Below, piece by piece: positions 55,345 through 64,000 of a stretch of DNA of 64,000 bases. The stretch spans positions 30,963 through 94,962 of IMG/VR virus record IMGVR_UViG_3300025924_000020. One strand, 5' to 3'. This DNA is from a virus (Duplodnaviria; Caudoviricetes). A program made the translations under genes and the position numbers. How positions within the stretch are numbered: the stretch's first letter is position 1; every line of letters begins with the position of its first letter. The notes beneath the pieces are model-generated. The model was not told the origin of the DNA, made no database searches, and worked only from the letters and a program-made list of their open reading frames with translations.

Positions 55345-57489
55345 ATGTCTCTCGAAATAATTCAAGACATACCACACAAACTAAGAGGCAAGTTCAATAA
55401 GGACTTGCTTTTGAATTCCTATTTTGAGCATACTGATTTGTTTAGTCCTGCAGCTAACAATTTTTTAAAGACAGGAAAGTACTGTGGTGAAGTCTTTAAC
55501 TCTAAGAAGTACAATATTTTCTGGGGGCAAGAAAAAGAAAGGTGCATTTACGGTTATGAGAATCCAAAAACTAAGCTATGGATTCCTGGCAAGTATTACC
55601 ACTTCTTGAATTATAAACAAATGAAGGTAGTGGAGAAAGGTAAAGCAGTATCCAAACGTGTTACTAGCTTTCCTAACTTCTGGCCTATACACTACTTCTT
55701 TACACTAGATTATGATACTGCAATTAAGAATGGCCTTAACATGTCCATTCTCAAACCTCGCGGTACTGGATTCTCTGAGCTAATGGCCAGCTTTGGTGTA
55801 CATGAATACACCTTCCAAACCGAAACACCTGTATTCTATTTTGTTGCTGTAGAACGTTATCTAAATAAAGATGGTGTACTATCTAAAGCTTGGGATCAAA
55901 TAAACTTCCATAACGCTTCTACAGAAAGAGCATTCAAGCACCTTCGTCAATTCAAAGACCAAGACTTATACAAGAGAGCTTCCTTCATGGACCCCCATAC
56001 AGGGGCTGAAGTAAAGACTGGTGGTGAGATACAAGGAGCTGTAGTAGACCATCCACGTAAACTTCGTGGTGCTCGTGGATTTGTAAACTTTGAGGAAGGT
56101 GGTAGTTTCCCTCAATTAGAATCTTCTTGGATGACGGCTAAAGCCCTTGCTGAAGAAGGTGGTGTTAAATTCTCAATGATGTGTGTGTGGGGTACTGGTG
56201 GTGAACAAGGTCCTGGTATTGCAGGTCTAGAAAACATCTTTACTAACCCAGAAGACTTTGATTGTTTACCATTTTCAAACTGCTGGGAAGAAGCTGATCT
56301 ACCAAAAGATCATGGGTTCTTTTTTCCAGCTTGGGCAGTAATGACACGCTTCATGGACAAATGGGGTAATACAGACTTTGAAAAAGCTAAAGCTTACCAC
56401 GATGAACAGCGATTCAAGGCTAGTCGTAACTCAAACATACTAGCTGATAAGTACATTGCTGAGTATCCATATACGCCTATGGAGGCGTTAATGCGATTAA
56501 ATAATAATCCCTTTCCTGTTGAGAAGCTCCAAAGACAGCTCAGGCGTGTCGATACATCTCCAGAGATTAAGGGTATGATAAAGCATGGTAGGTTAGAAAT
56601 AGAAGATGGCCAAATACGATTTGTGTTGAGTAGTAAAGTAACGCCTGTTGACCATTACCCACATAAAACCGATGAAATCTTAAATGGCGCAGTGTCAATC
56701 TTCGAAACACCCCTTAAAGACAACACAGGTAAAATACCAAATGATTTATATTACATTGTAGCTGACTGTTTCTATGTAGACACAGAACAAGCCACAGACT
56801 GGAATTCATTAGGAGCCTATTACGTGTATAAGAAGTCCAATTCTGTATTCCCAACTGAGGATGATATTCTAGTAGCTTGGTATGCAGGTAGACCACCTAG
56901 AGCTAAAGACTTCCATCGTGAAGTATTTATGGCAGCTAGATACTACAATGCCATAGTACAGACTGAAATCAAAGGAGGAGGTAATGAACTCCTTAACTAC
57001 GCTAAAGAACATGGATTTGTCAATTATTGCGGTGATAGACCTACAGTATTCAACCAAGACAAAGAAAACAGGAAGATATCAACTAGACAATTCTTTGTAA
57101 GAATAGAGGATAATGTCAAACCAGAGAGAATACAGAAGTTAGTTGACTGGTTATTGAAGGAAAGAAGCTTAAAGATAGATGGGGAGAATACTCAATATGT
57201 TCTTAATCTTGAGAAGATATATGACCGAGCACTGCTAGAGGAGTTGATTAAGTACTCGCCAAATGGTAACTTTGACAGAATTTCCTGTCTTCTTGTCTTA
57301 ATGACAATACTCCAAGAAGCTGAGCTTAAGGTAGTAGAAGAGTTATCAAGACCAGACAGGGATAGTATTTGGCATAGACCGCTATTTGCAGACAATGGAG
57401 ATAACAGGGCTTATATGCTATCTCAAGATGAAATGAAAGTAAAATACAGGGATTACCTAAAAGCCAATCCTACCGATTTAATAATGTAA
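55345..57489 (+). CDS. terL: Terminase large subunit
   Basis: LKPRGTGFS Walker A, FEEGG Walker B, GTGG, nuclease Asp residues incl. GNFDRIS; precedes the portal. Confidence 0.93.
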   Translation: MSLEIIQDIPHKLRGKFNKDLLLNSYFEHTDLFSPAANNFLKTGKYCGEVFNSKKYNIFWGQEKERCIYGYENPKTKLWIPGKYYHFLNYKQMKVVEKGKAVSKRVTSFPNFWPIHYFFTLDYDTAIKNGLNMSILKPRGTGFSELMASFGVHEYTFQTETPVFYFVAVERYLNKDGVLSKAWDQINFHNASTERAFKHLRQFKDQDLYKRASFMDPHTGAEVKTGGEIQGAVVDHPRKLRGARGFVNFEEGGSFPQLESSWMTAKALAEEGGVKFSMMCVWGTGGEQGPGIAGLENIFTNPEDFDCLPFSNCWEEADLPKDHGFFFPAWAVMTRFMDKWGNTDFEKAKAYHDEQRFKASRNSNILADKYIAEYPYTPMEALMRLNNNPFPVEKLQRQLRRVDTSPEIKGMIKHGRLEIEDGQIRFVLSSKVTPVDHYPHKTDEILNGAVSIFETPLKDNTGKIPNDLYYIVADCFYVDTEQATDWNSLGAYYVYKKSNSVFPTEDDILVAWYAGRPPRAKDFHREVFMAARYYNAIVQTEIKGGGNELLNYAKEHGFVNYCGDRPTVFNQDKENRKISTRQFFVRIEDNVKPERIQKLVDWLLKERSLKIDGENTQYVLNLEKIYDRALLEELIKYSPNGNFDRISCLLVLMTILQEAELKVVEELSRPDRDSIWHRPLFADNGDNRAYMLSQDEMKVKYRDYLKANPTDLIM

Positions 57490-59895
57490 ATGTCACAAAT
57501 AAATACCACAACCCAGAGGTTACCCAAACTTAGAGTCTCTTTTCATGATAAGGTAGCTGATGACTTTGAGCACACAAAGCAAGTAATGGATCATTACATT
57601 GCTATGGTGACCTTTACTGATGAGATCATAAATCCAGACATTAGAGATGTTAGGATATTCTATGAGGCTTACAACAACAAGCTTCCAGACTCCTATTTCA
57701 GATATGTGGTAAACCCACTCAACTCATCAAACAACGATTATACTAATTGGCCAGCCAGACTCAGACCATATTCGATTATACGTCCAAATATTGACCTCCT
57801 TCAGGGAGAATACGAGAAGCGACCTTTCTCATATGCTGTAAAGGTACATAACGCTGATGCTGTCAACATCTACGAAGATCAGATCTATAAACAAATCTTA
57901 TCCTCATTAGAACAACAATTTATTAATTCTTTAAACGAGGCTGGACAAGATACTGGAGTACCAACTCAACAAGTAGAACTACCAGATAAGATTAAAGCTG
58001 CCCACCAAAGTAATTACAGAGATAAGAGAGCTGAGATGGGAGAAGCCGCTCTTGAAATTATCATAGATCATGAACGCCTAATTGAGAAGTTCAAATTGAT
58101 GTTTCAAGATTGGTTGATCGCTGGAGAAGCTTATTCCTACAAAGGTATTCGTGGTAAACGTATGGTTTACGAACGAGTATCGCCAATGGACATAGACTTT
58201 GATAAGTCTCCAGACTGTGTGTATGTAGAAGACGGTCAGTGGGCTTGTAGAAGAATCTACATGACACCAGCTGAGATCTTTGATAATTTCTATGAGGAAC
58301 TTAAAGAAGCAGATATAGACATCATTGAAGATCAGAATGGTCACCTATCCTTTAGAGCAGTAGGTACAGGAACACAAGCTACCTTACGGGATGATAGAGA
58401 TCTAAGACGATCAAAGGTTGTTCTATTCCATGTAGTATGGAAGTACATGACTAAGATTGGTATAATGACATATACCAATCCAATGACAGGTGAACCAGAA
58501 GAAATTGAAGTACCAGAAACCTATAAACCAGACAAAGCCCTTGGTGAAGAAGTTAAATGGTATTGGGTTAATGAAGTTTGGGAAGGTTATAGATTAGGAG
58601 CTGGAATTGGATCAGCTAATCGTGGTATTTACATTGGTATTAAACCGCTAGAAGGACAACGTAATACAGCTGTTAATTCATCTATCTGTAAACTACCATT
58701 TAACGGTAAACGCTTCTCAGATCTACATTCTCAGAACATCTCTCCTGTAGAGATGGGCCTTCCTTATGAAACATTACATAGAATTCTACACTTCCAACTA
58801 GAAAAGACTATAGCCAAATCTAAGGGTAAGATAATCCTAATGGACCAAAATGCCCTGCCTAAGAAACATGGTTGGACAGAAGAAAAATTCTTCTATTGGG
58901 CAGATGCTACTGGATGGGCTTTAATAGATCGAAACCAACCAGGGGCAGATAAGAATTTTAATCAATATACAGTCCTAGACATGGGATTGTACCAACATAT
59001 AGAGAATCTAATAGAACTTATGACCTACGTCAAGCAGGAGTGGGATGATCTATTAGGAATAACAAGACAACGTAAAGGACAAGTTAAGGCTAGTGATACA
59101 GTAAGAGGTAGTGAAATGGCAGCCAATCAATCTGCAGTTATCTCTGAGAAAGTATTTACACGCTTTGAAGATTTCATTAGATGTGAACTAGAAGGGCTTC
59201 TAGATGTATCTAAATTAGCTTGGGTAGATGGATTTCAAGCTGTACATCAAGGTGATGACTTGCGTAGTCAGATTCTCAAAATAGATCCAGGTATTTATAC
59301 CGAATTGGATATGGGTGTATATATAGCTAACTCATCTAGAGATATAGCTAATCTGGAAATGGTTAGACAGCAAGTTCAATCATTCTCACAAAATGGAGCT
59401 AGTCCATCTACAATTGTAGACATTGTACAAGCTAGATCTTTATCTCGTCTAAAGTCTATACTCCAAGAAGCAGAAATGAAATCTTCAGAAGCACAAGCTG
59501 CTGCAGCTCAATCTGAACAAGAGCATGAGGAAAGGCTTGAAATGATCAGAGAATCTTTTGCTGAATTACAAGGTTTGATTGATGAAAGATTACTCCATGT
59601 GAAATATGATCGTGAGGAAGATCTAGAATTACTTAAGCAGTCTGGAGTAGATCAGAATCCAGCTCCAATAGTAGATCCCAATGATGCTCAAAAGGTGGCT
59701 TTGGATCACTACAACAAACAACGTGAATTAGCTTACAAGGAAAGGGAAAGTAATGCCAAGGTAAGGCAGAAGGATCGTGAATTAGATCTTAAAGACAAAG
59801 AACTTATAGTGCGAGAAAGGATTGCCGACAAGGCAAATAAGACTGCTTTACAAAATAAAGTAGTTGGGGAAAGAAACAAAAAACGTGCAAAATAA
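57490..59895 (+). CDS. Portal protein
   Basis: 801 aa after TerL; PARLRPYSII, LGITRQRKGQ; crAss synteny. Confidence 0.9.
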   Translation: MSQINTTTQRLPKLRVSFHDKVADDFEHTKQVMDHYIAMVTFTDEIINPDIRDVRIFYEAYNNKLPDSYFRYVVNPLNSSNNDYTNWPARLRPYSIIRPNIDLLQGEYEKRPFSYAVKVHNADAVNIYEDQIYKQILSSLEQQFINSLNEAGQDTGVPTQQVELPDKIKAAHQSNYRDKRAEMGEAALEIIIDHERLIEKFKLMFQDWLIAGEAYSYKGIRGKRMVYERVSPMDIDFDKSPDCVYVEDGQWACRRIYMTPAEIFDNFYEELKEADIDIIEDQNGHLSFRAVGTGTQATLRDDRDLRRSKVVLFHVVWKYMTKIGIMTYTNPMTGEPEEIEVPETYKPDKALGEEVKWYWVNEVWEGYRLGAGIGSANRGIYIGIKPLEGQRNTAVNSSICKLPFNGKRFSDLHSQNISPVEMGLPYETLHRILHFQLEKTIAKSKGKIILMDQNALPKKHGWTEEKFFYWADATGWALIDRNQPGADKNFNQYTVLDMGLYQHIENLIELMTYVKQEWDDLLGITRQRKGQVKASDTVRGSEMAANQSAVISEKVFTRFEDFIRCELEGLLDVSKLAWVDGFQAVHQGDDLRSQILKIDPGIYTELDMGVYIANSSRDIANLEMVRQQVQSFSQNGASPSTIVDIVQARSLSRLKSILQEAEMKSSEAQAAAAQSEQEHEERLEMIRESFAELQGLIDERLLHVKYDREEDLELLKQSGVDQNPAPIVDPNDAQKVALDHYNKQRELAYKERESNAKVRQKDRELDLKDKELIVRERIADKANKTALQNKVVGERNKKRAK

Positions 59896-60100
59896 ATACG
59901 AACATATGCTAATACACAAACAGGACGGTTTAACTTATGTCTTATCTATAGGTAGTGCATCTATTGCAAGCTTTGCTATGCAAATGGCAGGAGTGGCAGT
60001 ATCAGCCCTTTTAGGTGCTATTATAGCTTGGCTCTTCAATGCATTTGTAAAGCCAAAATTAGATAAGCTAGTTAAGAAGAAATCCAAGAAAGAAGCTTAA
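59864..60100 (+). CDS. Small membrane protein, holin-like (likely start MLIHK)
   Basis: Hydrophobic segment plus basic C-tail. Confidence 0.5.
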   Translation: MGKETKNVQNKYEHMLIHKQDGLTYVLSIGSASIASFAMQMAGVAVSALLGAIIAWLFNAFVKPKLDKLVKKKSKKEA

Positions 60101-60175
60101 TAAACTCTATGCAAAATACACAATATTGCATATTAAAATAAGAGTATTAAATTTGAACCAACTAACTACTAAACT

Positions 60176-61390
60176 ATGGCTAAGAAAGAAAAAGAATCCA
60201 TTTCATGGGATGCCTTTGAGGAGGATAACCTTCTAGATAATCAAGAAGAGGAAACTCAGGAAGAAGAGGCCCAAGAAGAGGAAGAAACTGAAGAAGAAGA
60301 GGAGCAGGAAGAAAAACCTAAACCTAAATCCAAGGCAAAAAAGAAAGCCGAGGATAAGGAAGATGACGAAGAGTCTGAAGAAGAGGAAGAAAAACCTAAG
60401 AAGAAAGCGAAAGCTAAATCTAAAGAGGTAGAAGAAGAATCTGAAGAGACTGAGGAAACTGAAGAGGAAGAAGAAGGGGCTGATGCCACCGAAGAAGACT
60501 CTGAAGAAGATGAATCAGAAGATTCAATAAAGTTCTTTGAAGAAGTTGAGAAGCTAACTGGTCAGGAGCTAGATGTGGATTATGGAGACACAGATCCCCT
60601 TACTCCTGAAGGTGTAGCATTAAGGGAAGGTGCTGTTAGAAAAGCAGCATTGGAATCGTTTCTAGAAGAAATTGAAACCAAATATCCCAAAGCTTATAAA
60701 GCATTACAATTCGCTTATGATGGTGGAGATGTAGCTGATCTATTTAAAACCACAGCTTCTAGAGATTACTCTAAAGTTGAGATTGGTGATAAAGATACAG
60801 GATTGGCTAAAGAGATTCTAAAAGAATACTACCAGCTTAGAGGCGTTAAAAGTGATGCAAGGTTAGCTAAACTACTCGCTGAAGCTGAAGATTCTGAAGA
60901 AGGATTAGTAGCTGAAGCAAAAGGAGTGCTAGCTGAACTCAAGGAAGACCAATCCAAGGCAGAAGCCAAAGTAGTTGAAGAGCAGAAACAAAAAGCTGAT
61001 AAGCAAAAGAAGAGAGATCAAATTTTAGCTTCAGCAATTTCTGATATCGTCGAAACTGATAAACTTGGTACTTTCAAAATTGGTGGTCCCAGAGAGCAAG
61101 CAGAATTCAGGAAGTTCGTCATAGGTAATGTTCGCAGAACAGAAGATGGTGGATATGAATTTGCAAGTGAAATTGACGATACTAATCTTGAAAAACTACT
61201 TCAATTCCAATACTTTCAGTTTAAGAAGGGTGATGTGAGTAAGCTAGTTCAAATAAAAGCAGCTACTGAAAACGCTAAACGACTTAAACTTAGATTAGCT
61301 AACGAAAAAGCTAAAGGTAAAAAAGGTAGTTCGTCTGATTCAGGTAAGTCATCAGATCAACTTAGTTTCAAAGATTTTGAAACAGATTAA
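60176..61390 (+). CDS. Acidic capsid-assembly/scaffold-like protein between portal and MCP
   Basis: Very Glu-rich N-terminus; crAss synteny; TAAATTTG at 60148. Confidence 0.75.
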   Translation: MAKKEKESISWDAFEEDNLLDNQEEETQEEEAQEEEETEEEEEQEEKPKPKSKAKKKAEDKEDDEESEEEEEKPKKKAKAKSKEVEEESEETEETEEEEEGADATEEDSEEDESEDSIKFFEEVEKLTGQELDVDYGDTDPLTPEGVALREGAVRKAALESFLEEIETKYPKAYKALQFAYDGGDVADLFKTTASRDYSKVEIGDKDTGLAKEILKEYYQLRGVKSDARLAKLLAEAEDSEEGLVAEAKGVLAELKEDQSKAEAKVVEEQKQKADKQKKRDQILASAISDIVETDKLGTFKIGGPREQAEFRKFVIGNVRRTEDGGYEFASEIDDTNLEKLLQFQYFQFKKGDVSKLVQIKAATENAKRLKLRLANEKAKGKKGSSSDSGKSSDQLSFKDFETD

Positions 61391-61421
61391 TAGAAAACAA
61401 TAAGATTTAATATAAAAAACA

Positions 61422-62969
61422 ATGGCAGGTAATCGCGGTAATAAACTCAGGTTCCAGGTACAACAGGACATCTTTGATGCAAAATCCATGTTGGACGAGA
61501 ACAACTTCTATGCAGCACGTCATGGAAAACCAGCCGAATTGACCATGAAGCTAACGTGGTTGCTTGGAGATTCTACCAAGTCATTTCCGTTAGCTATGGC
61601 TACAATGGGCGACATCGTTTCTGGGGACGGTGGATTTAAGAAAACAAATGCTAAAGTGAAAGAATTGGAAGATATCCAATTTACTTGGCCTGTAATGAGC
61701 CGCTTGAACAAAGCGTGTCCAGTCGCAGTAACCAATAGCTCAGCAAATCAAGGAATTGGTAACTCCCAATTCAACATTACGTTTACAGACAATTGGATTA
61801 AACGTAACTACATGATTGAATCTCCTCTTGGAATTCAGGCATACGTAATTGGTGATCCAGTTAAAGTAAGTGAAGGTTTCCAATACACATTGCAATTGAA
61901 CGCAGTAGCAGATTCAGTTATCTGTCCTAGCTCTGAATTGGTTGCTGGTGTACTTTGGTCAGATCTTAACACCTTTAACGCAGAAAGCGAATCTCGTGGT
62001 ACTGAGTTCAAGCGTGTAGCTCCTGGTAAATATAAGAACCAGATGAGTATCATCCGTATGTCTCATCAGTGGGCTGGTAACTCAGCTAACCGCGTAATGA
62101 GCATCACGATTGAGCATGGTGGAAAGAGCATGAGACTTTGGATGGATTTCGAACAATATCAATTCGAACGCGCATGGTTGGAAGAAGTAGAACATATGTT
62201 CTGGTATTCTCGCTATAATCGTAGAAGTAACGGCGAGATTCCATTGAAAGACGTACTTACTGGTAAGGTAATCCCTACTGGCGCAGGTATTCTTGAGCAA
62301 ATTAACAACTATGCAACGTATACTCGTTTGACATATTCGTTCTTGCAAAATGTTGTTGCAAATGCTTTCTTCGGTCAGTCTGATACTGATGGCTTGGCTA
62401 TCACGTTGTATACTGGTCGTGGTGGAATGCGTGAATTTGACCGTGCTATGAAAGAAGCTGGAACTATCCAGAATATCTTAGCGCAAGGTGCAGGTGCTGC
62501 AGCTACCAAGTTCATTAAAGGAGATAGTAACTATGACCTTGTGTCAACTGGTTTCTTCTCTGCAATGTATCACATTGATGGCTACTATATCAAAGTAAAA
62601 CATAATCCAATTTTTGATTATGGTCGTAGAGCAGTAAAAGCTCCTTTGCACCCAGAAACTGGTTTCCCCCTCGAATCGTACCGTATGGTGTTTATCGATG
62701 ATGGTATGTTTGATGGCGAACCTAACTTGCAATTTGTTGCAGAAAAAGGTCGTAGAATGTTACATGGTGTGGTTTCAGGCTTGACTCCACTTCCTAAACA
62801 ATATAAGATTATCCAAGGTATCCAAAACCTTAATGGTGGGGACTTGGCGCTGATCTCAAGCGATATCGACTCGTCTAGCTATCACCGCTTGGCAACAGGT
62901 GGGGTAACACTAAGACGTGGTAATACAAGCTTGCACTTAGAGATTTCGCCTACAGTGGCTGGATACTAA
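61422..62969 (+). CDS. Major capsid protein
   Basis: 515 aa; GAGILEQI, LYTG.GGM.EF, ESYRM; crAss synteny. Confidence 0.9.
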   Translation: MAGNRGNKLRFQVQQDIFDAKSMLDENNFYAARHGKPAELTMKLTWLLGDSTKSFPLAMATMGDIVSGDGGFKKTNAKVKELEDIQFTWPVMSRLNKACPVAVTNSSANQGIGNSQFNITFTDNWIKRNYMIESPLGIQAYVIGDPVKVSEGFQYTLQLNAVADSVICPSSELVAGVLWSDLNTFNAESESRGTEFKRVAPGKYKNQMSIIRMSHQWAGNSANRVMSITIEHGGKSMRLWMDFEQYQFERAWLEEVEHMFWYSRYNRRSNGEIPLKDVLTGKVIPTGAGILEQINNYATYTRLTYSFLQNVVANAFFGQSDTDGLAITLYTGRGGMREFDRAMKEAGTIQNILAQGAGAAATKFIKGDSNYDLVSTGFFSAMYHIDGYYIKVKHNPIFDYGRRAVKAPLHPETGFPLESYRMVFIDDGMFDGEPNLQFVAEKGRRMLHGVVSGLTPLPKQYKIIQGIQNLNGGDLALISSDIDSSSYHRLATGGVTLRRGNTSLHLEISPTVAGY

Positions 62970-63013
62970 GTCATACAACTTTTCTTTTCTTAGTTGGTTT
63001 AGTTGGTTAGATT

Positions 63014-63042
63014 GGTTAGTATTATACTAACCTTTCTTTTTT
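63014..63042 (+). terminator. Intrinsic terminator after MCP
   Basis: ggttagta-tta-tactaacc followed by tttctttttt. Confidence 0.65.
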
Positions 63043-63446
63043 ATAAGGTATTCAATAGCTTTAAGAAGAGTGGTTGTGTTCTCTTTAGCCATTCCTATTA
63101 CTGAATTACAGTAATTACATAATAAACCTCTCACTTTTCCAGTAGTGTGGCAGTGATCTATGTACAAGCCACCTTTCTTATTATAAGTAGATTTAAATTC
63201 TCCACAAATAGCACACTTACCCTCTTGTTGTAAGTACATCTTATCCAGCACTTCTTCAGATATGCCGTATCGCCATTGTAGTAAGTAATCTTTCCTTTTA
63301 CTATTACCCTTATAAGTCTTATGGTACTTAGCACTATATTCTTTTTGGCATCCTCTACAAATTGATCTTAATTTATCTTTGCTGTTTTTATCCTTATTGA
63401 AGGAAGTTAAAGGTTTGTCTATATGACAAGACGTACATGTTTTCAT
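63027..63446 (-). CDS. Endonuclease VII-family homing endonuclease, antisense within the capsid block
   Basis: CTSC..CRGC; YGI..QEGKCAIC..IDHCHTTGKVRGLLCNYCN. Confidence 0.9.
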   Translation of the reverse strand: MKTCTSCHIDKPLTSFNKDKNSKDKLRSICRGCQKEYSAKYHKTYKGNSKRKDYLLQWRYGISEEVLDKMYLQQEGKCAICGEFKSTYNKKGGLYIDHCHTTGKVRGLLCNYCNSVIGMAKENTTTLLKAIEYLIKKKG

Positions 63447-63450
63447 GTTA

Positions 63451-63458
63451 CAAATATA
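63451..63458 (-). promoter_or_regulatory. Bacteroidota -7 element TATATTTG, 4 nt before ATG
   Basis: Matches TAnnTTTG. Confidence 0.7.
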
Positions 63459-63572
63459 CGTAAAGTTAACAATAATACAAACTAGCTTACTATAAACTAC
63501 CTATTGACTTTATCAAATAAATTACACTATCTTTGAGCTTTATAACAACTAACAATCTAACAAACTAAACTA

Positions 63573-64000
63573 ATGCAAGAGAACAAAAACAGTAGGAAAA
63601 TTGAAATTCAACGCCACTTTAACCTAGTGGAAATGTCTCAAGAAGATCCAGAAGTAAAAGCCTGGCTTGGACAATCCTACAAACCAATTGGTCCTTATTT
63701 CAAAGACAAAGTAATTGCTACAGGACTAAATAAAGACGAAATTAAGCTAATTCTACCTAGCTCTGCTGGCGTAGGAATGGACCCCGAAGACAAAGATTTC
63801 AGGAGAGCTGTAGAAAACTTCTATCACAACCTACTCACACGTGTAGATAAAGATGGCCTGATATTGGAAATCGGTCTACAGGAAGGCGGAGAAGAGATAA
63901 GTGAGCAAAATCTACCAATTAACATTAAAGACTATATCATCTATCGTCACGCCCTTACACACCCGCATGTAGCAAGAAGTAAGGATGAAGCAGCTAGAGA
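63573..64000 (+). CDS. Conserved crAss-like structural gene following MCP, 3'-truncated
   Basis: Manual translation MQENKNSRKIEIQR..PINIKDYIIYRHALTHPHVA, open to the window end; TATCTTTG upstream at 63528. Confidence 0.75.
   Translation, partial: MQENKNSRKIEIQRHFNLVEMSQEDPEVKAWLGQSYKPIGPYFKDKVIATGLNKDEIKLILPSSAGVGMDPEDKDFRRAVENFYHNLLTRVDKDGLILEIGLQEGGEEISEQNLPINIKDYIIYRHALTHPHVARSKDEAAR

Noticed and set aside
60176-60530. GAA-rich stretch as a DNA repeat; antisense Ser-rich ORF 60256-60489
   Set aside because: Explained by the Glu-rich coding sequence; the antisense ORF is its shadow
2736-62732. Short antisense or nested ORFs in the track (e.g. 2736-2975, 13393-13698, 22114-22500, 33490-33896, 48232-48438, 58078-58344)
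   Set aside because: They lie within or opposite well-supported genes or promoters and have no motifs
31658-63446. Group I introns or inteins housing the endonucleases
   Set aside because: The endonuclease ORFs abut neighbouring genes with no room for a ribozyme core; no intein motifs seen in PolA, TerL or the helicases
1-64000. Stop-codon reassignment (TAG/TGA recoding seen in some crAss-like phages)
   Set aside because: All large genes are intact in the standard code and TAA, TAG and TGA all end genes; only one isolated in-frame TAA was found

Overview
This window is an internal ~64 kb segment of an AT-rich crAss-like (Crassvirales-type) phage genome read in the standard genetic code. The host is probably a Bacteroidota species, because TAnnTTTG -7 promoter elements recur. 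Layout: (1) 1-6288 (+) is the 3' part of a giant virion RNA polymerase/cargo protein (DFDVD catalytic motif, embedded permuted histidine phosphatase, HExxH zincin). (2) 6.3-48.1 kb (-) is the early/middle block. It holds an RNA-repair cluster, a macrodomain gene with an in-frame TAA, a PRPS-like + NAMPT-like NAD-rebuilding pair, an ECF-like sigma factor, exonuclease/UDG/resolvase, a complete Ubl-E2-JAB-E1 conjugation operon, primase, DnaB, SF2 helicase, PolA, a GH108 lysin, two atypical tRNAs and clusters of stem-closed structured non-coding modules. (3) 48.2-64 kb (+) is the late block: phosphoesterase, IHF-like protein, TerL, portal, acidic scaffold-like protein, MCP and the start of the next structural gene. 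There are five free-standing homing endonuclease genes; four have an identical TAnnTTTG-N4-ATG leaderless start. The best candidates for undescribed biology are the phage-encoded ubiquitin-like conjugation operon, the arrays of ~60-180 nt structured RNA modules and the permuted phosphatase inside the virion RNAP. All calls come from motif recognition by eye; no database searches were run.
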